DNA of 62,717 nucleotides, from the NCBI GenBank assembly GCA_964442465.1, contig CAYUEH010000001.1:1-62717 (forward strand). The letters are read 5' to 3'. The DNA is from an uncultured Laspinema sp. (GTDB lineage Bacteria > Cyanobacteriota > Cyanobacteriia > Cyanobacteriales > Laspinemataceae). The notes beneath the pieces are model-generated. The model searched no databases and had not been told where the DNA came from. It saw only the letters and a program-made list of their open reading frames with translations. The translations under genes were made by a program, and so were the position numbers. Shown here in pieces: positions 38,478-48,699 of the stretch (positions within the stretch are counted from its first letter, which is position 1; every line of letters starts with the position of its first letter).

Positions 38478-41351
38478 CTACGAACGCAGGACAGCAATTA
38501 GTTTGAGGTAGGGTTCCGTTTCCGTCGTCATGGATAATTCTACCCAATCGCGATAGTCTTGGAATATTTTATCAATCTTGGTCCGTTCCTCCTGGTGTCG
38601 CTGTTGCTTGATTTGGTGGGAACGTTTATCTTGCTCAAGCCGAAGTTCGAGTTGCTCGTGATGATATCCTTGGAGGCGTCCAAGGCGTTGCTTTTGGTCT
38701 TCCAGCTTCGGCGTTAACTGCCTTTGAAATTCTTGGCGTTCTTTCTGCAAGTAAATTCGCGCTTGTTCGATCGCCTGGGAACGCAGGGGAAGCAAATCTG
38801 CCACCTCCAGAGTACCAGGATTCGGAATCGAATTCTGTCCCAGTTTAGTCCGTTCCACGGTTCGGGCAAAAGGTTCAACACCCTGAAACCGACCGTTCTC
38901 AAACAAAACCGACACCCAGCGATTGAGCACCGGCGACCCTCGACGATTAGGAAAACTGCCAAAGCAGATAAAGATTGCTTCTTGCGGACGGATTCCTTGG
39001 GAAAGCTGAAGCACTGGGGCTTGATGTCGTCCAAAATAGAACAAACAGCGGTCAATCGCCCATTCCACCACCGGATGCAGTTGCCACAGATACTGTTTAC
39101 CAGACCAGTCCGCATCTTGGCGGCGGGCTTCTATCATGGCTGCGACAATCTCTTCTGGGCGATCGCTTAAATGGAGCAAATCGGTCTGTTGGGACAGAAT
39201 TTCTTTAGGCAGGCGATCGTAACGGGATTTGAGTTCTTGGGGGAGTTGCAGTTCGATAAACCGCTCGGTTTCATTAATATTGAGGTTGGGAATCGCCTCA
39301 GAACGCGATCGCAATGCAGCCGCCGTAAAATCAAACATGGAGGGAAACAGACTTAACAGCGTTCCGGTTTCCACCGGCGGTTCTGAGGTGGAAGTTTCCT
39401 CGGCAATAAAGGTTTCTGGGCTTTCAAACCAACTAAAAATATCCGCTTCTCCCCCACTGGCTGCATTGCGATCAAGGGTCTGGGAAAATTCATCCGCAGA
39501 AATGCCGTTGGCGATCGCTTCAGCGGTGAGGGCTTCTTCGGCGTCCGGATCGAAGACTCCCATAAACACCGAAGGATCGCCAATATTTTGGATCGCCTGT
39601 TCATCTTTCACCAACAAAACCTGAATAATCCGCTCTACTTCATCCATCCGTTCTACAGTGGAACGAGTCAGCAGATACCGAATTTCCGGCTGTCGAGTTT
39701 GTCCGTAGCGATCAATCCGTCCGTTGCGCTGTTGCAAGGTCATCAACGACCATGGAATATCGAAGTGAATCAGTTTATGGCTGAGATAGTGCAGGTTTAA
39801 ACCTTCCGAGGCGACTTCCGTGGCAATCAAAATTCGCACCGGCGAACTTTCTTGCCCGAACTGGTCTACTATGCGAACTTGGTCTACATCGGCCATCCCC
39901 CCATCCAACCGGGCGATCGCCTCCGGTTTCAACTTTAAATCTTGCGCCAACTGGGTTTCCAGGAACCGCAAACTTTCCAACCGTCCGGTAAAAATTACTA
40001 AGCGATCGGTTGTGTCTTTCCCCTTCCACTGAAAATCGGTTTTAATCAGTTTCAGCAGTTTTTGATACTTAGAAAAATCCGATTTTTCTACGGCTTCCAA
40101 AGCAGTCGCCAACTCGGCTAACTCTGCCATGTCAGCGCGATCGCCTTCGTCAATGCCATCCTTTTTTTGCAACCGCCCAATCCGATTGTTAACCGTTTCC
40201 AAGCAAGCTGCTGGACTCGATAGCATCGCTTTGAGCAGGGTCGTCTTAAACAGTTGTCCCGCTTTTCGCTGTCGGTCAACACTGGCTAACTTTAAATCAT
40301 GCAGTTGCTGAAAGACCCGTTCTTCCGCCCCAGAAGCCACTGCCTCCACTGCTTCCACATGACGTTCCGGGATATTTTGTTTGAGATCTTGCAGCACATC
40401 CTTTTTAAACCGCCGCAGGTAAAGGTCGCGAATGTCCTCTTTTGTATAGTCCGATTCATTCGCGATCGCCGTCGGGTCGATCATATTCATCAAACTGGCA
40501 AAACTTTCCGGTCTGCCATCATGGGGGGTTGCCGAGAGTAAAATCAAAGTATCGGAACGAGTCGCTAACCGTTCCGCTAACTTTGCCCGTTGAGATGCCG
40601 ATTGTCCTTTCCCCCGACGGGCTACATTGTGAGCTTCATCGATAACAATAATATCCCAGTAGGCTTGTTCCAAATAACTGCGATATTCCCGGTCTTGCTT
40701 GAGGGTGTCGATGGAAATAATCGCGCGGTCGTAATAATGAAACGGATTGTGATTCCCTGGAAGCCGCGATCGTACCCGCTGAATTTGCAACGAATCCAAC
40801 CGCACCAGCGGAATGGTAAACCTCAGCCACAACTCTTTTTGGAATTGGCCCATCATGGATTTGGTTGTGACCACCAAAATCCGGCGACCCTTCCCCCGCA
40901 GAATTAGCTCAGAAACCAAAATCCCACATTCCAGGGTTTTTCCCAACCCCACCGCATCAGCAATCAACAGCCGTTGCCGGGGCATTTGCAAGGCTTTACT
41001 AGCGGGAACGAGTTGATAATTGAGGGCATCCATCGCCGCTTGGTTTCCCAGATAAATCCGCCCATCTTCTGGAACCGTTTGTTTTAAATTGGCTTCCATA
41101 AACAATAAACTATGAACGTAACCCGAAGATTCATCGTTCACCAAATCCGTTTCTTCTGCCTTTAAAACCTGTAAATCTCCAGTTTTTTCTTCAATCTCTT
41201 TAATAAACTGGATGCGGTGGCCCCGCAAAAATTCCGAAACTCCCACCGCTTCAATCACGCGATCGCCATCAGAAGAAAGGGCAACGGATTTCACTAACCA
41301 TTCGGCATCGCGGCAGAGAATTCGCGCCCCAGGCGCAATATCTAATCCCAT
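38478..41351 (-). CDS. SNF2-family helicase (DrmD-like)
   Basis: RLLIADAVGLGKT, IIVIDEAH, LLSATPH, SEGLNL, QRNGRIDRYGQ. Confidence 0.9.
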   Translation of the reverse strand: MGLDIAPGARILCRDAEWLVKSVALSSDGDRVIEAVGVSEFLRGHRIQFIKEIEEKTGDLQVLKAEETDLVNDESSGYVHSLLFMEANLKQTVPEDGRIYLGNQAAMDALNYQLVPASKALQMPRQRLLIADAVGLGKTLECGILVSELILRGKGRRILVVTTKSMMGQFQKELWLRFTIPLVRLDSLQIQRVRSRLPGNHNPFHYYDRAIISIDTLKQDREYRSYLEQAYWDIIVIDEAHNVARRGKGQSASQRAKLAERLATRSDTLILLSATPHDGRPESFASLMNMIDPTAIANESDYTKEDIRDLYLRRFKKDVLQDLKQNIPERHVEAVEAVASGAEERVFQQLHDLKLASVDRQRKAGQLFKTTLLKAMLSSPAACLETVNNRIGRLQKKDGIDEGDRADMAELAELATALEAVEKSDFSKYQKLLKLIKTDFQWKGKDTTDRLVIFTGRLESLRFLETQLAQDLKLKPEAIARLDGGMADVDQVRIVDQFGQESSPVRILIATEVASEGLNLHYLSHKLIHFDIPWSLMTLQQRNGRIDRYGQTRQPEIRYLLTRSTVERMDEVERIIQVLLVKDEQAIQNIGDPSVFMGVFDPDAEEALTAEAIANGISADEFSQTLDRNAASGGEADIFSWFESPETFIAEETSTSEPPVETGTLLSLFPSMFDFTAAALRSRSEAIPNLNINETERFIELQLPQELKSRYDRLPKEILSQQTDLLHLSDRPEEIVAAMIEARRQDADWSGKQYLWQLHPVVEWAIDRCLFYFGRHQAPVLQLSQGIRPQEAIFICFGSFPNRRGSPVLNRWVSVLFENGRFQGVEPFARTVERTKLGQNSIPNPGTLEVADLLPLRSQAIEQARIYLQKERQEFQRQLTPKLEDQKQRLGRLQGYHHEQLELRLEQDKRSHQIKQQRHQEERTKIDKIFQDYRDWVELSMTTETEPYLKLIAVLRS

Positions 41352-41716
41352 AGCTTCCTAAGATTGCATGAAGAATTTAACATTTTTTTAAGGTGGCCCC
41401 CCAACCCGATGGCAGATTCATCCAAAGCGATCGCAGGGATATCATGACCATTGTCCCCCCTGCTTCGCTATCTGACAAGAAATTCAGCTAAATCACCAGG
41501 AGTCCTGCGGGTTTAGTTGACTCGGACATTTTCCTTAACTTTGCCTAACATACCCGCGATCGGTCGGACAACAACGCTCGCCGATTATGGGAATTCAGCA
41601 CTGCCGGGAATGGCAACTGCTTCAGACCACCTAAAATAAATATCCGTTTTTCCCCCCACTGGCGGCATAGCGACTCATGTCTGTGCCTTGCCCAGATTTA
41701 GGTCGCTTTGGGGTTG

Positions 41717-44700
41717 CTATTGACGAACGCCGGTGCAGGTAAAAGCAGCCCAGTAAAAAGGGTCAGAGAAAGGTTTTGATTTTTGACAAGATTTATCTAA
41801 ATTTTTGAGAGACAGATAAATTTGTTGGCCAATTTTAGCATAGTTTTTGTATTCTTCCTCACATTGTCGCTCGGCTAGAGAACCGCAGGAGCAAGCATCC
41901 CGTTCTGCCTTAGCTTTTTTGCGGAGTACGTCGGTTTTTTTAAGTTTCTGTTTCAAAAGTTCTGTGAGTTGGGGTTTATAAGTAGCAGCTAGGGTATCGC
42001 CTGTAAGTGATCGCAACTTAACTTGAGCTTGTCTGATGGCCTCTGGGCGATTCTTTCCTTGCTGCCACTCTTCATAGTAAAAAATTGAAAAAAGCGCCGT
42101 AGCTAAATCATCGACAGCCCAAAGTGTACTGATAACACTTCTGGCTCCCGCCGACAAAAAAGCTGTAGAAAAAGTCAGGATATCGCCAGTAATTTCACTC
42201 AATCCCAATCCAGTTTCGCAGCAGGAAAGAAATACATCCGACAACTGAGGGAGACGCCATGCAGGAGTCATTAGCTGACCTAAAGTAATGCAGCCATCTC
42301 CCAAAATTAATGTCGATTCTAAGGGATTGTCCAAGCGCGACTGGGCGTGGTGGCTAGAGTGGAGGATTTGGACGGTTTGCGCTAATTGTCGATAGTTACT
42401 AACCGTGGCTTGATGGCGACCTTTTAAGCGTTGATTGTCTGGGATACTATAAAGAATGGCCAGTTGCTCTCCTTCAAAGCTGGCGCAAGGCAAGTCACCC
42501 GTCGCATCTTCAATAGTGCCACAGTTGAGGTTGTTGCCGGGGGAAGGGCGCTGCTGACAGAATTCTAGGACTTGACAACTAGGTGCGTAACGAATCAAAA
42601 ATTTGTCTCCTAAATATCGGTTGTCTCCGATGGGCAGTGCAGCGAAGGGGATTTGGTGAAGGGAAAAATGAGGAACTATAATCAGTTCGGAAATCCCCTC
42701 CAAATGCCACAAAATTAGGTCATTCAAATTTAACAGTTGTGCGATTTCATCTAGCATCCCCACCAACTCTTCTTTCCAAGAATCTTTATCGTGTACATAT
42801 TGTCCTAACCAATTTTGGAGAATCGAGCCGTGCAAAGCCTCAAATCCTAAATCAGCACAACTTTGCAGAGTAATCTCATTTTGCCGCACGACAAATATCA
42901 AGGTATCGCTGAGAGTGGTGTAAAAGCTCAGAATGGCAGTAGTAGGTTTGTCGATAAGCTTCTGGATGGAATGAAATTCAAGAGGATTGACTCGAATTTG
43001 ACCCGCAAGCACCGGATCTAAACGGCGAATTTGTTGCCAAATTAGGAGTTTTTCCGCTTCCAGATTAGCTATTGTTTGATTGTAAGCTGCTAGTGCTGCG
43101 CGACTGTTATCAAGTTTGCTGTTATCAAAGTCGTTACTGGGTTGATTGCGCCCTCGTTCCTTGTCAATTTGCTGCTGTAGCTGTTCAAAATCCTGTAAAT
43201 ACTGTTCAATCTCAGCCGGAATTTCTGCACTTGAGTAGAGGTCATTACTTGCCATTAAGTCTACAAGGCGTTTAGAGCGTGATCGCTCTACATATTCAAC
43301 AGCTTTATCTAACTGCTTATTATTGATGCAAGCTTGCATGATGTTTGCATAAATATCGAGCGCCTCTTCCAGAATTTCTTGGCGGCGAAATTCAGAAGTT
43401 GCCCAAGTACGGCTAGTTTCTACAGCTTCAATCGCGATACCGTATCCCTCAATCGCTAACTGCCAATCTCCAACTACAAATGCTCTGTTTCCTAGCATTT
43501 GACCAGTTTTATGGCACTCAACTGGGAAAGCAGTGGGCGTGAAGACTTCCATTGCTTTTCGATAAGAGGCGATCGCCTTTGCGTTTAACCCAAGCATAAA
43601 ATAGGGATAGACCAGATTCATTTGAGCCATAGCCCACCGTCTAGGAAACTCATCTTGGTTCAAGATTTGTAAGGCAGCTTGATGGGTGGCAATAGCCATT
43701 TCTAAATTCTCATTTCTATCGCCCTTAAGTCGATGAAAATAAGCGTTACCCAGATTCATTTGCACGCTTGCCCAATCTGCGGGAAACTCATCTTGAGTGT
43801 AAACTTGTAATACTTCTTGGTTAGCTGCGATCGCCCTCTCAACATTTTCTACCCGATCGCCATCAAGCCGGTGGCGGTAGGCAGAGGCAAGATTCATTTG
43901 AGTTTGTGCCCAAAGTTCCGGGAATTCTTCGCGGGTGCGGAATAACAGGGCATTTTCATAACAAGTAATTGCTTTTTCCAAGTTTTCCGCCTTGTCGCCG
44001 CAGATGTAATGGCTGTAAATAATACCCAGCTTGTTTTGGACTTCAGCCCATCCTTGCGGGTCTGCTTCGCGGGTACGAACTTCCATTGCAGCAACACCGG
44101 CAGCGATCGCCAATTCTGCATTCTCTAACCGATCTCCCCGAATTCGCTCGTGATAGGCAAAAGTCAATGTATTTTGAATCATTGCCCACTGTAGAGGAAA
44201 AGCTTCGCGGGTATATACTTGTAGAGCATTTTGGCAGCAGGCGATCGCTCGTTCTTGATTGTCGGCGTGATCGCCTTTACAACGACGGTTGTAAGTGTTA
44301 CCGAGTAACATCTGACCAAAGGCCCACTCTTCTGGAGTAGATTCGCGAGTGAATGCTGTAGAAGCAATTTCGCAACCTGCGATCACAATTTCTAAATTAT
44401 TAGCCTCCTTCCCTGGTTTTAATTGGTCGATCTGTAAACTTAAAACTACAATGCAAGCAGCAATTTTTTTTCTTTCTTCAGGGGGAATTTCCGACAGTAA
44501 AACATCGGCTTCATCTGGCATCTCCTTAACAAAAATTTCCTCAAATTGCTCTTGTTTACCGTCAAGCCGGATTTTTTGTACCCACTTGGTAAAAACTTCC
44601 TCTATGGGTTCTGGTTCAGCTTTCAACGATATAAGCTTTTGCGCTGTTTTAACAAAATACTTCTCAAGTTGATCTCGCTCATATTCAAGTAAAGTATCAA

Positions 44701-46654
44701 ATCGAATTTTACCTTGATTTTCGGAAACAGATTGCAATAATTCAAATGGTAAATTAGGGCGAATTTTATATTGAATAAAATTCCATTCTTCGGGAAAGTC
44801 TTCTTCCGTAAAAACAATAGCAGCAACTTCGTAGCCTGTCTTAGCAATCTGCCGGTTGTTTTCTGCATTGCCTTTGGGGAAATCTTCAATCAGGCTGCTA
44901 AACTTGAGAATTCTTGCCGCTAAATAGATTGCTTCCTGTGGCCCTAATTTCGATAAATCCAACTGTATTAGGCTTAATCTTTCTACAAAATTGTTGTCCA
45001 GTCTATCGATATTTGCTTCGAGAAGCTGGTACAAATCTTGCGGATTATTTTCGCTTTTGGCAACGGTGTCTAAGACTTGAATAACAAACTGTGAAATAGA
45101 ACTTATTTGCTGGAAGTTAACATTTTCTAATAAACCTAAAATAACAGGAGAACTTGAGCGCTCAGCATATTCTCTGGCTTTTTCTAGTTCTCCACAGTCC
45201 ATGCAAAGCCCTACTATTTGTGCATAAGCAGAAATAGTAGAAAATTCTTGATGTAAAGATTCAGAATCACCCCGACGGTTGAGCATCTCTACAGCTTCAC
45301 TTACAATATTAAAAGCTTCAAAAGCTTCAGCCTTTTTGGCAGTCGCCCATGCTACCTTTCCCAACTCAAGTCCAGTTTCGATGCGCTCTCTAGGGAACGA
45401 ATCAGGGGTAAAAACTTTTAAAGCTGCTTGAAAACAGATTAAAGCATTAGCCAATTGTGCCAATTTGCGGTAAGCCAAACCCAAATTTAACTGAGTTTTA
45501 GCCCATCTTTCTGGATAGGTTTCGGGAGCATAAATTTGTAAGGCTGCTTGATAGGCTGCGATCGCTCGTTCCTGGTTCTGGATTTTGTCCCCTAAAATCC
45601 TTTCGCTATAGGCAAGACCAAGGTGAAATTGGCTACTAGCCCAATCGGCATCAGTGCGAACTTTTAAGGCAACTTGATAACAGGCGATCGCTTGCTCGAA
45701 ATTTTGTGCGCGATCGCCTTCAACTCGGCGAGTGTAAGCAAGTGCCAGATTATTTTGCAGCCTCCCCCAAAGTTCAGGATCTTGATCGCGGCTAACGACT
45801 TGCAAGGCTTCTTCATAGCAAGCGATCGCATTTTCTAAATTCTCAGATTCATCTCCAATGATTCGGTCACTGTAAACAAGACCGAGGTTATTTTGCACCA
45901 TCGCCCATTTTTGGGGAGAAGTATCGCGAGTGTAAATTTGCAAAGCATTGGTGCAAGCGATTAGGGCTTTTTCAAGGTTTTCGGAGCGATAACCCCTCCT
46001 CCGATGGCGGTATGCTGGAGCGAGATCGCTTTGAATTTTTCCCCACATTTCGGGTAAAGTCTCACGAGTTAAAATCTTGGCAGATCCTTCTAAACCTGCG
46101 ATCGCAATTTCCAGATTAATTGCTCTATTACCCAGTGGAAACTGCCAGAGACTCTCGCATAGAGACCCCACAGCTAATGCGATCGCTTTTTTTAGGTTGG
46201 TCTCGCTTTTCAGGAGTGTGTCATCGCTCCAAAGACAGAATTGCCGTAAAAAATCTTCATTCAGTTCGTCTGAGATAGTGGCTAATAACAAGTAAACCGT
46301 TTGTCGGTCACTTAGATTTAGCAGAATTGTCCGCAATAGTTCCCACAATAAAGCAGGAGCTTTAACAACAGATCCTGTTACTGGTGTCCCATCTCTTCCT
46401 ATGTAAGAACTGGATAAAAAATCAGCCAAATCAATTAAAAAATGAGCACCCTCAAACTCCCTCTGTCCTACCAGAATTGTAGCGACCATTTCCATCATTT
46501 CCACTAAACCCCCATCCACCAAGTCCGGGTGCTTCCTTAAAATCTTCAGTTCCTTACCGCGAGGACATTTGAGGAGGGATTTAATCAGATTGAAATAAGC
46601 TGTCTGGCGTTTGGTCGTTTGGGGATTTTTTTTCGGACCGAATCCTTTTGCCAT
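41717..46654 (-). CDS. TPR-repeat + CHAT domain protease
   Basis: Two blocks of WA..Q.NLG.AY..R..GD...N.E.AI TPRs; CHAT with LHQIPFAAL, HSSHHA (His), LSCCETG (Cys), TLWAVDD, PFYWAAF. Confidence 0.92.
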   Translation of the reverse strand: MAKGFGPKKNPQTTKRQTAYFNLIKSLLKCPRGKELKILRKHPDLVDGGLVEMMEMVATILVGQREFEGAHFLIDLADFLSSSYIGRDGTPVTGSVVKAPALLWELLRTILLNLSDRQTVYLLLATISDELNEDFLRQFCLWSDDTLLKSETNLKKAIALAVGSLCESLWQFPLGNRAINLEIAIAGLEGSAKILTRETLPEMWGKIQSDLAPAYRHRRRGYRSENLEKALIACTNALQIYTRDTSPQKWAMVQNNLGLVYSDRIIGDESENLENAIACYEEALQVVSRDQDPELWGRLQNNLALAYTRRVEGDRAQNFEQAIACYQVALKVRTDADWASSQFHLGLAYSERILGDKIQNQERAIAAYQAALQIYAPETYPERWAKTQLNLGLAYRKLAQLANALICFQAALKVFTPDSFPRERIETGLELGKVAWATAKKAEAFEAFNIVSEAVEMLNRRGDSESLHQEFSTISAYAQIVGLCMDCGELEKAREYAERSSSPVILGLLENVNFQQISSISQFVIQVLDTVAKSENNPQDLYQLLEANIDRLDNNFVERLSLIQLDLSKLGPQEAIYLAARILKFSSLIEDFPKGNAENNRQIAKTGYEVAAIVFTEEDFPEEWNFIQYKIRPNLPFELLQSVSENQGKIRFDTLLEYERDQLEKYFVKTAQKLISLKAEPEPIEEVFTKWVQKIRLDGKQEQFEEIFVKEMPDEADVLLSEIPPEERKKIAACIVVLSLQIDQLKPGKEANNLEIVIAGCEIASTAFTRESTPEEWAFGQMLLGNTYNRRCKGDHADNQERAIACCQNALQVYTREAFPLQWAMIQNTLTFAYHERIRGDRLENAELAIAAGVAAMEVRTREADPQGWAEVQNKLGIIYSHYICGDKAENLEKAITCYENALLFRTREEFPELWAQTQMNLASAYRHRLDGDRVENVERAIAANQEVLQVYTQDEFPADWASVQMNLGNAYFHRLKGDRNENLEMAIATHQAALQILNQDEFPRRWAMAQMNLVYPYFMLGLNAKAIASYRKAMEVFTPTAFPVECHKTGQMLGNRAFVVGDWQLAIEGYGIAIEAVETSRTWATSEFRRQEILEEALDIYANIMQACINNKQLDKAVEYVERSRSKRLVDLMASNDLYSSAEIPAEIEQYLQDFEQLQQQIDKERGRNQPSNDFDNSKLDNSRAALAAYNQTIANLEAEKLLIWQQIRRLDPVLAGQIRVNPLEFHSIQKLIDKPTTAILSFYTTLSDTLIFVVRQNEITLQSCADLGFEALHGSILQNWLGQYVHDKDSWKEELVGMLDEIAQLLNLNDLILWHLEGISELIIVPHFSLHQIPFAALPIGDNRYLGDKFLIRYAPSCQVLEFCQQRPSPGNNLNCGTIEDATGDLPCASFEGEQLAILYSIPDNQRLKGRHQATVSNYRQLAQTVQILHSSHHAQSRLDNPLESTLILGDGCITLGQLMTPAWRLPQLSDVFLSCCETGLGLSEITGDILTFSTAFLSAGARSVISTLWAVDDLATALFSIFYYEEWQQGKNRPEAIRQAQVKLRSLTGDTLAATYKPQLTELLKQKLKKTDVLRKKAKAERDACSCGSLAERQCEEEYKNYAKIGQQIYLSLKNLDKSCQKSKPFSDPFYWAAFTCTGVRQ

Positions 46655-46712
46655 ATTCTTCACAGGTTACGAAAGAAATACTACAGATACCTATCAGCCA
46701 TCCGTTCCAAAA

Positions 46713-47474
46713 TTACGCAGCATCCCTCCATATTCCTGCTAACTTCTCCAGCAGTGCTTCGGCTAAATCTTGTAAATCAGTGTCGCCGCTATCGGCACTT
46801 TCACGAGTAAACTCCCCTCCTGCGGTACTCCCCGCTAACATCTCTCCCCCTGCGTATCGCCACTCGTACTCGTCACAAGTTCGATAAATACGCTCCAATT
46901 GGGCAACAATATTGCTCCGCGATTGAGTTTCTATCTGAGCCCGTACCTGTATCGCCACTGGATCGTCTGTTTCTAAGAAGGCGATCGCTTCTTCTAAACG
47001 AGTAATCTGTTCAATTAAATTGTCAATCGGCATCAGTTCTGCTACTGCTATTTGTTGCGGTGGATTTGAGCTATCGAAGCTGGGAGCAAATCCCAATAGT
47101 TGCACGGAGTCAAGGCGATCGCTAAATTGTACTCCCACATATCCAATCCGATTTTCTATGACTTCTTCGGGTAAAAATATGGCTATTTCACCCGGTAAAA
47201 CTGGGCGGCATTCTAAGGAGCCAATCCCAGGAATTACCAAATCAGCGACATTGGCTAGCGCCGTTTTTACTGGATTGAAGCTATCGGAAGAATTCAAATC
47301 TGTTTCAATTTGCAGCCATTTTAAATAGCTGTGAACCGCGTAAACTGCCAGTGCATTCAAGTAAACTCGTTTTCCTTTTTGGACTGTACTTTGAACGGCT
47401 GCCAACTGTCGCGCCATTTCGTGAGCTTTTAATTCTAGCGGTACTGTTAACAGCGGTAGTTCTGCGATGTTCAT
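46713..47474 (-). CDS. DUF1822 family protein (putative anti-sigma partner)
   Basis: KRVYLNALAVYAVHSYL, ADLVIPGIGSLECRPV, RIGYVGVQ; ATGA overlap with the sigma gene. Confidence 0.85.
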   Translation of the reverse strand: MNIAELPLLTVPLELKAHEMARQLAAVQSTVQKGKRVYLNALAVYAVHSYLKWLQIETDLNSSDSFNPVKTALANVADLVIPGIGSLECRPVLPGEIAIFLPEEVIENRIGYVGVQFSDRLDSVQLLGFAPSFDSSNPPQQIAVAELMPIDNLIEQITRLEEAIAFLETDDPVAIQVRAQIETQSRSNIVAQLERIYRTCDEYEWRYAGGEMLAGSTAGGEFTRESADSGDTDLQDLAEALLEKLAGIWRDAA

Positions 47475-48166
47475 GGTTGTGGTTCCTGTTTATATCCTAG
47501 AGTGCGGGCTATTTCTTGCAACGAGGGTTCACATTTTCTCTTCCAGTGAGAATTCAGAGTTGTGTACTTAACATTTAACTCTTTTGCTAACTTTTGAAAC
47601 TTGTCAGGAGGGTCTTTTAATACTCTTCTCATACTGAGGAATTGGCAGTTACACTCCGGGTAAGAACGAGGGTAGCTATTTTTTAGCTTGCCTTCTGGAT
47701 CTTGCTCTATGTAATGTTCGAGTTCGAGACCAATCCGCTGAGGGGTTTCTTTCTGAGCATTTTCAATCATGCCATCCAACCCGCTGAGTCTAAAATCGGG
47801 TAATAGTTCAAGCCGAGTTGTTTCCCCAGCATCCACCGCGAGCGGTGCATCTAAACTAATTGGAGCATTTGGGTTAGGAGAGTACAAATCTTGAATTCGC
47901 CGACGCAAAGTGCCGTTAATCCAGTTAACCAAACTTTTGGAAACAGAAGGCGGGCGCGGCTCAAATTTAGGAATCTCGCGACTAACCCATTCAAAAATAC
48001 CATTGAGGGCTTCCGGATAATCTTGATGGGTTGATTTTTTGAGTCCTGGTAGTTGTTGAATTTCTAATAACAGCTTGTGCATGGCTGTTCGCCGTTTTCT
48101 ACTGTTATCTGGATTTTGACGGATTTCTGTAATTAGAGTGCTTAATCGTTCATCTAGGTCATCCAT
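47471..48166 (-). CDS. cyanobacterial sigma-70/ECF-like (HetZ-related) factor
   Basis: WINGTLRRRIQDL (region 2-like), ISLDAP, C-terminal HTH FQKLAKELNVKYTTLNSHWKRKC. Confidence 0.75.
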   Translation of the reverse strand: MDDLDERLSTLITEIRQNPDNSRKRRTAMHKLLLEIQQLPGLKKSTHQDYPEALNGIFEWVSREIPKFEPRPPSVSKSLVNWINGTLRRRIQDLYSPNPNAPISLDAPLAVDAGETTRLELLPDFRLSGLDGMIENAQKETPQRIGLELEHYIEQDPEGKLKNSYPRSYPECNCQFLSMRRVLKDPPDKFQKLAKELNVKYTTLNSHWKRKCEPSLQEIARTLGYKQEPQP

Positions 48167-48226
48167 ACTACTTTTTTGAGGACAAGTTGGTAATTAGGTA
48201 TGAAAATTTACGCTTGTGCGAAAATC

Positions 48227-48490
48227 TTAAGCTATTTTCTCATGTGGTTGAGTTCTTTGTGCGCGTAAATTCTTGCCGGGAGGAGGTCCCAGGCTATTTC
48301 CACGTGAATTGTTGCAACTGAAACAGGCTAAACGCAAGTTCGAGAGTTCGTTAGACCCGCCTCGGCTTTTCGGGAGTAAGTGTTCGATGGTTCTTTCTGA
48401 TTTCTGCATCGGTTTGTTGCACCAGTGGCAGTGATTGCCATACAGTTGCAGGAGTTGGCGAGTCTTGCTACGTCTTGAAGCAGGGGACAT
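48227..48490 (-). CDS. small HNH endonuclease
   Basis: CHWC...TIEHLLPKSRGGSNELSNLRLACFSCN. Confidence 0.85.
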   Translation of the reverse strand: MSPASRRSKTRQLLQLYGNHCHWCNKPMQKSERTIEHLLPKSRGGSNELSNLRLACFSCNNSRGNSLGPPPGKNLRAQRTQPHEKIA

Positions 48491-48699
48491 AAAACTTTGG
48501 GAGATTCATGGCTATTCGGTGTTCATGTACTTATCAACCCCCTGTTAAAAATTTACGCAGCCATCGAAATTAGATCCCATAATCCGCAGACTTAATTGCT
48601 GGCTTTTTATTTTTTAAAACCTTTGCCCATAAAGGGTTTCAGCGATTTTATAAAAAATCTATGGGAACGATGGTGTTCACTCTTTTTGATTGCCAATAT

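Noticed and set aside
25014-41351. Canonical class I DISARM or BREX
   Set aside because: No PLD DrmC, no separate DrmB, and no PglZ or BrxC
41575-41640. Possible further GNAT relic between the SNF2 and CHAT genes
   Set aside because: Similarity by eye is too weak to support
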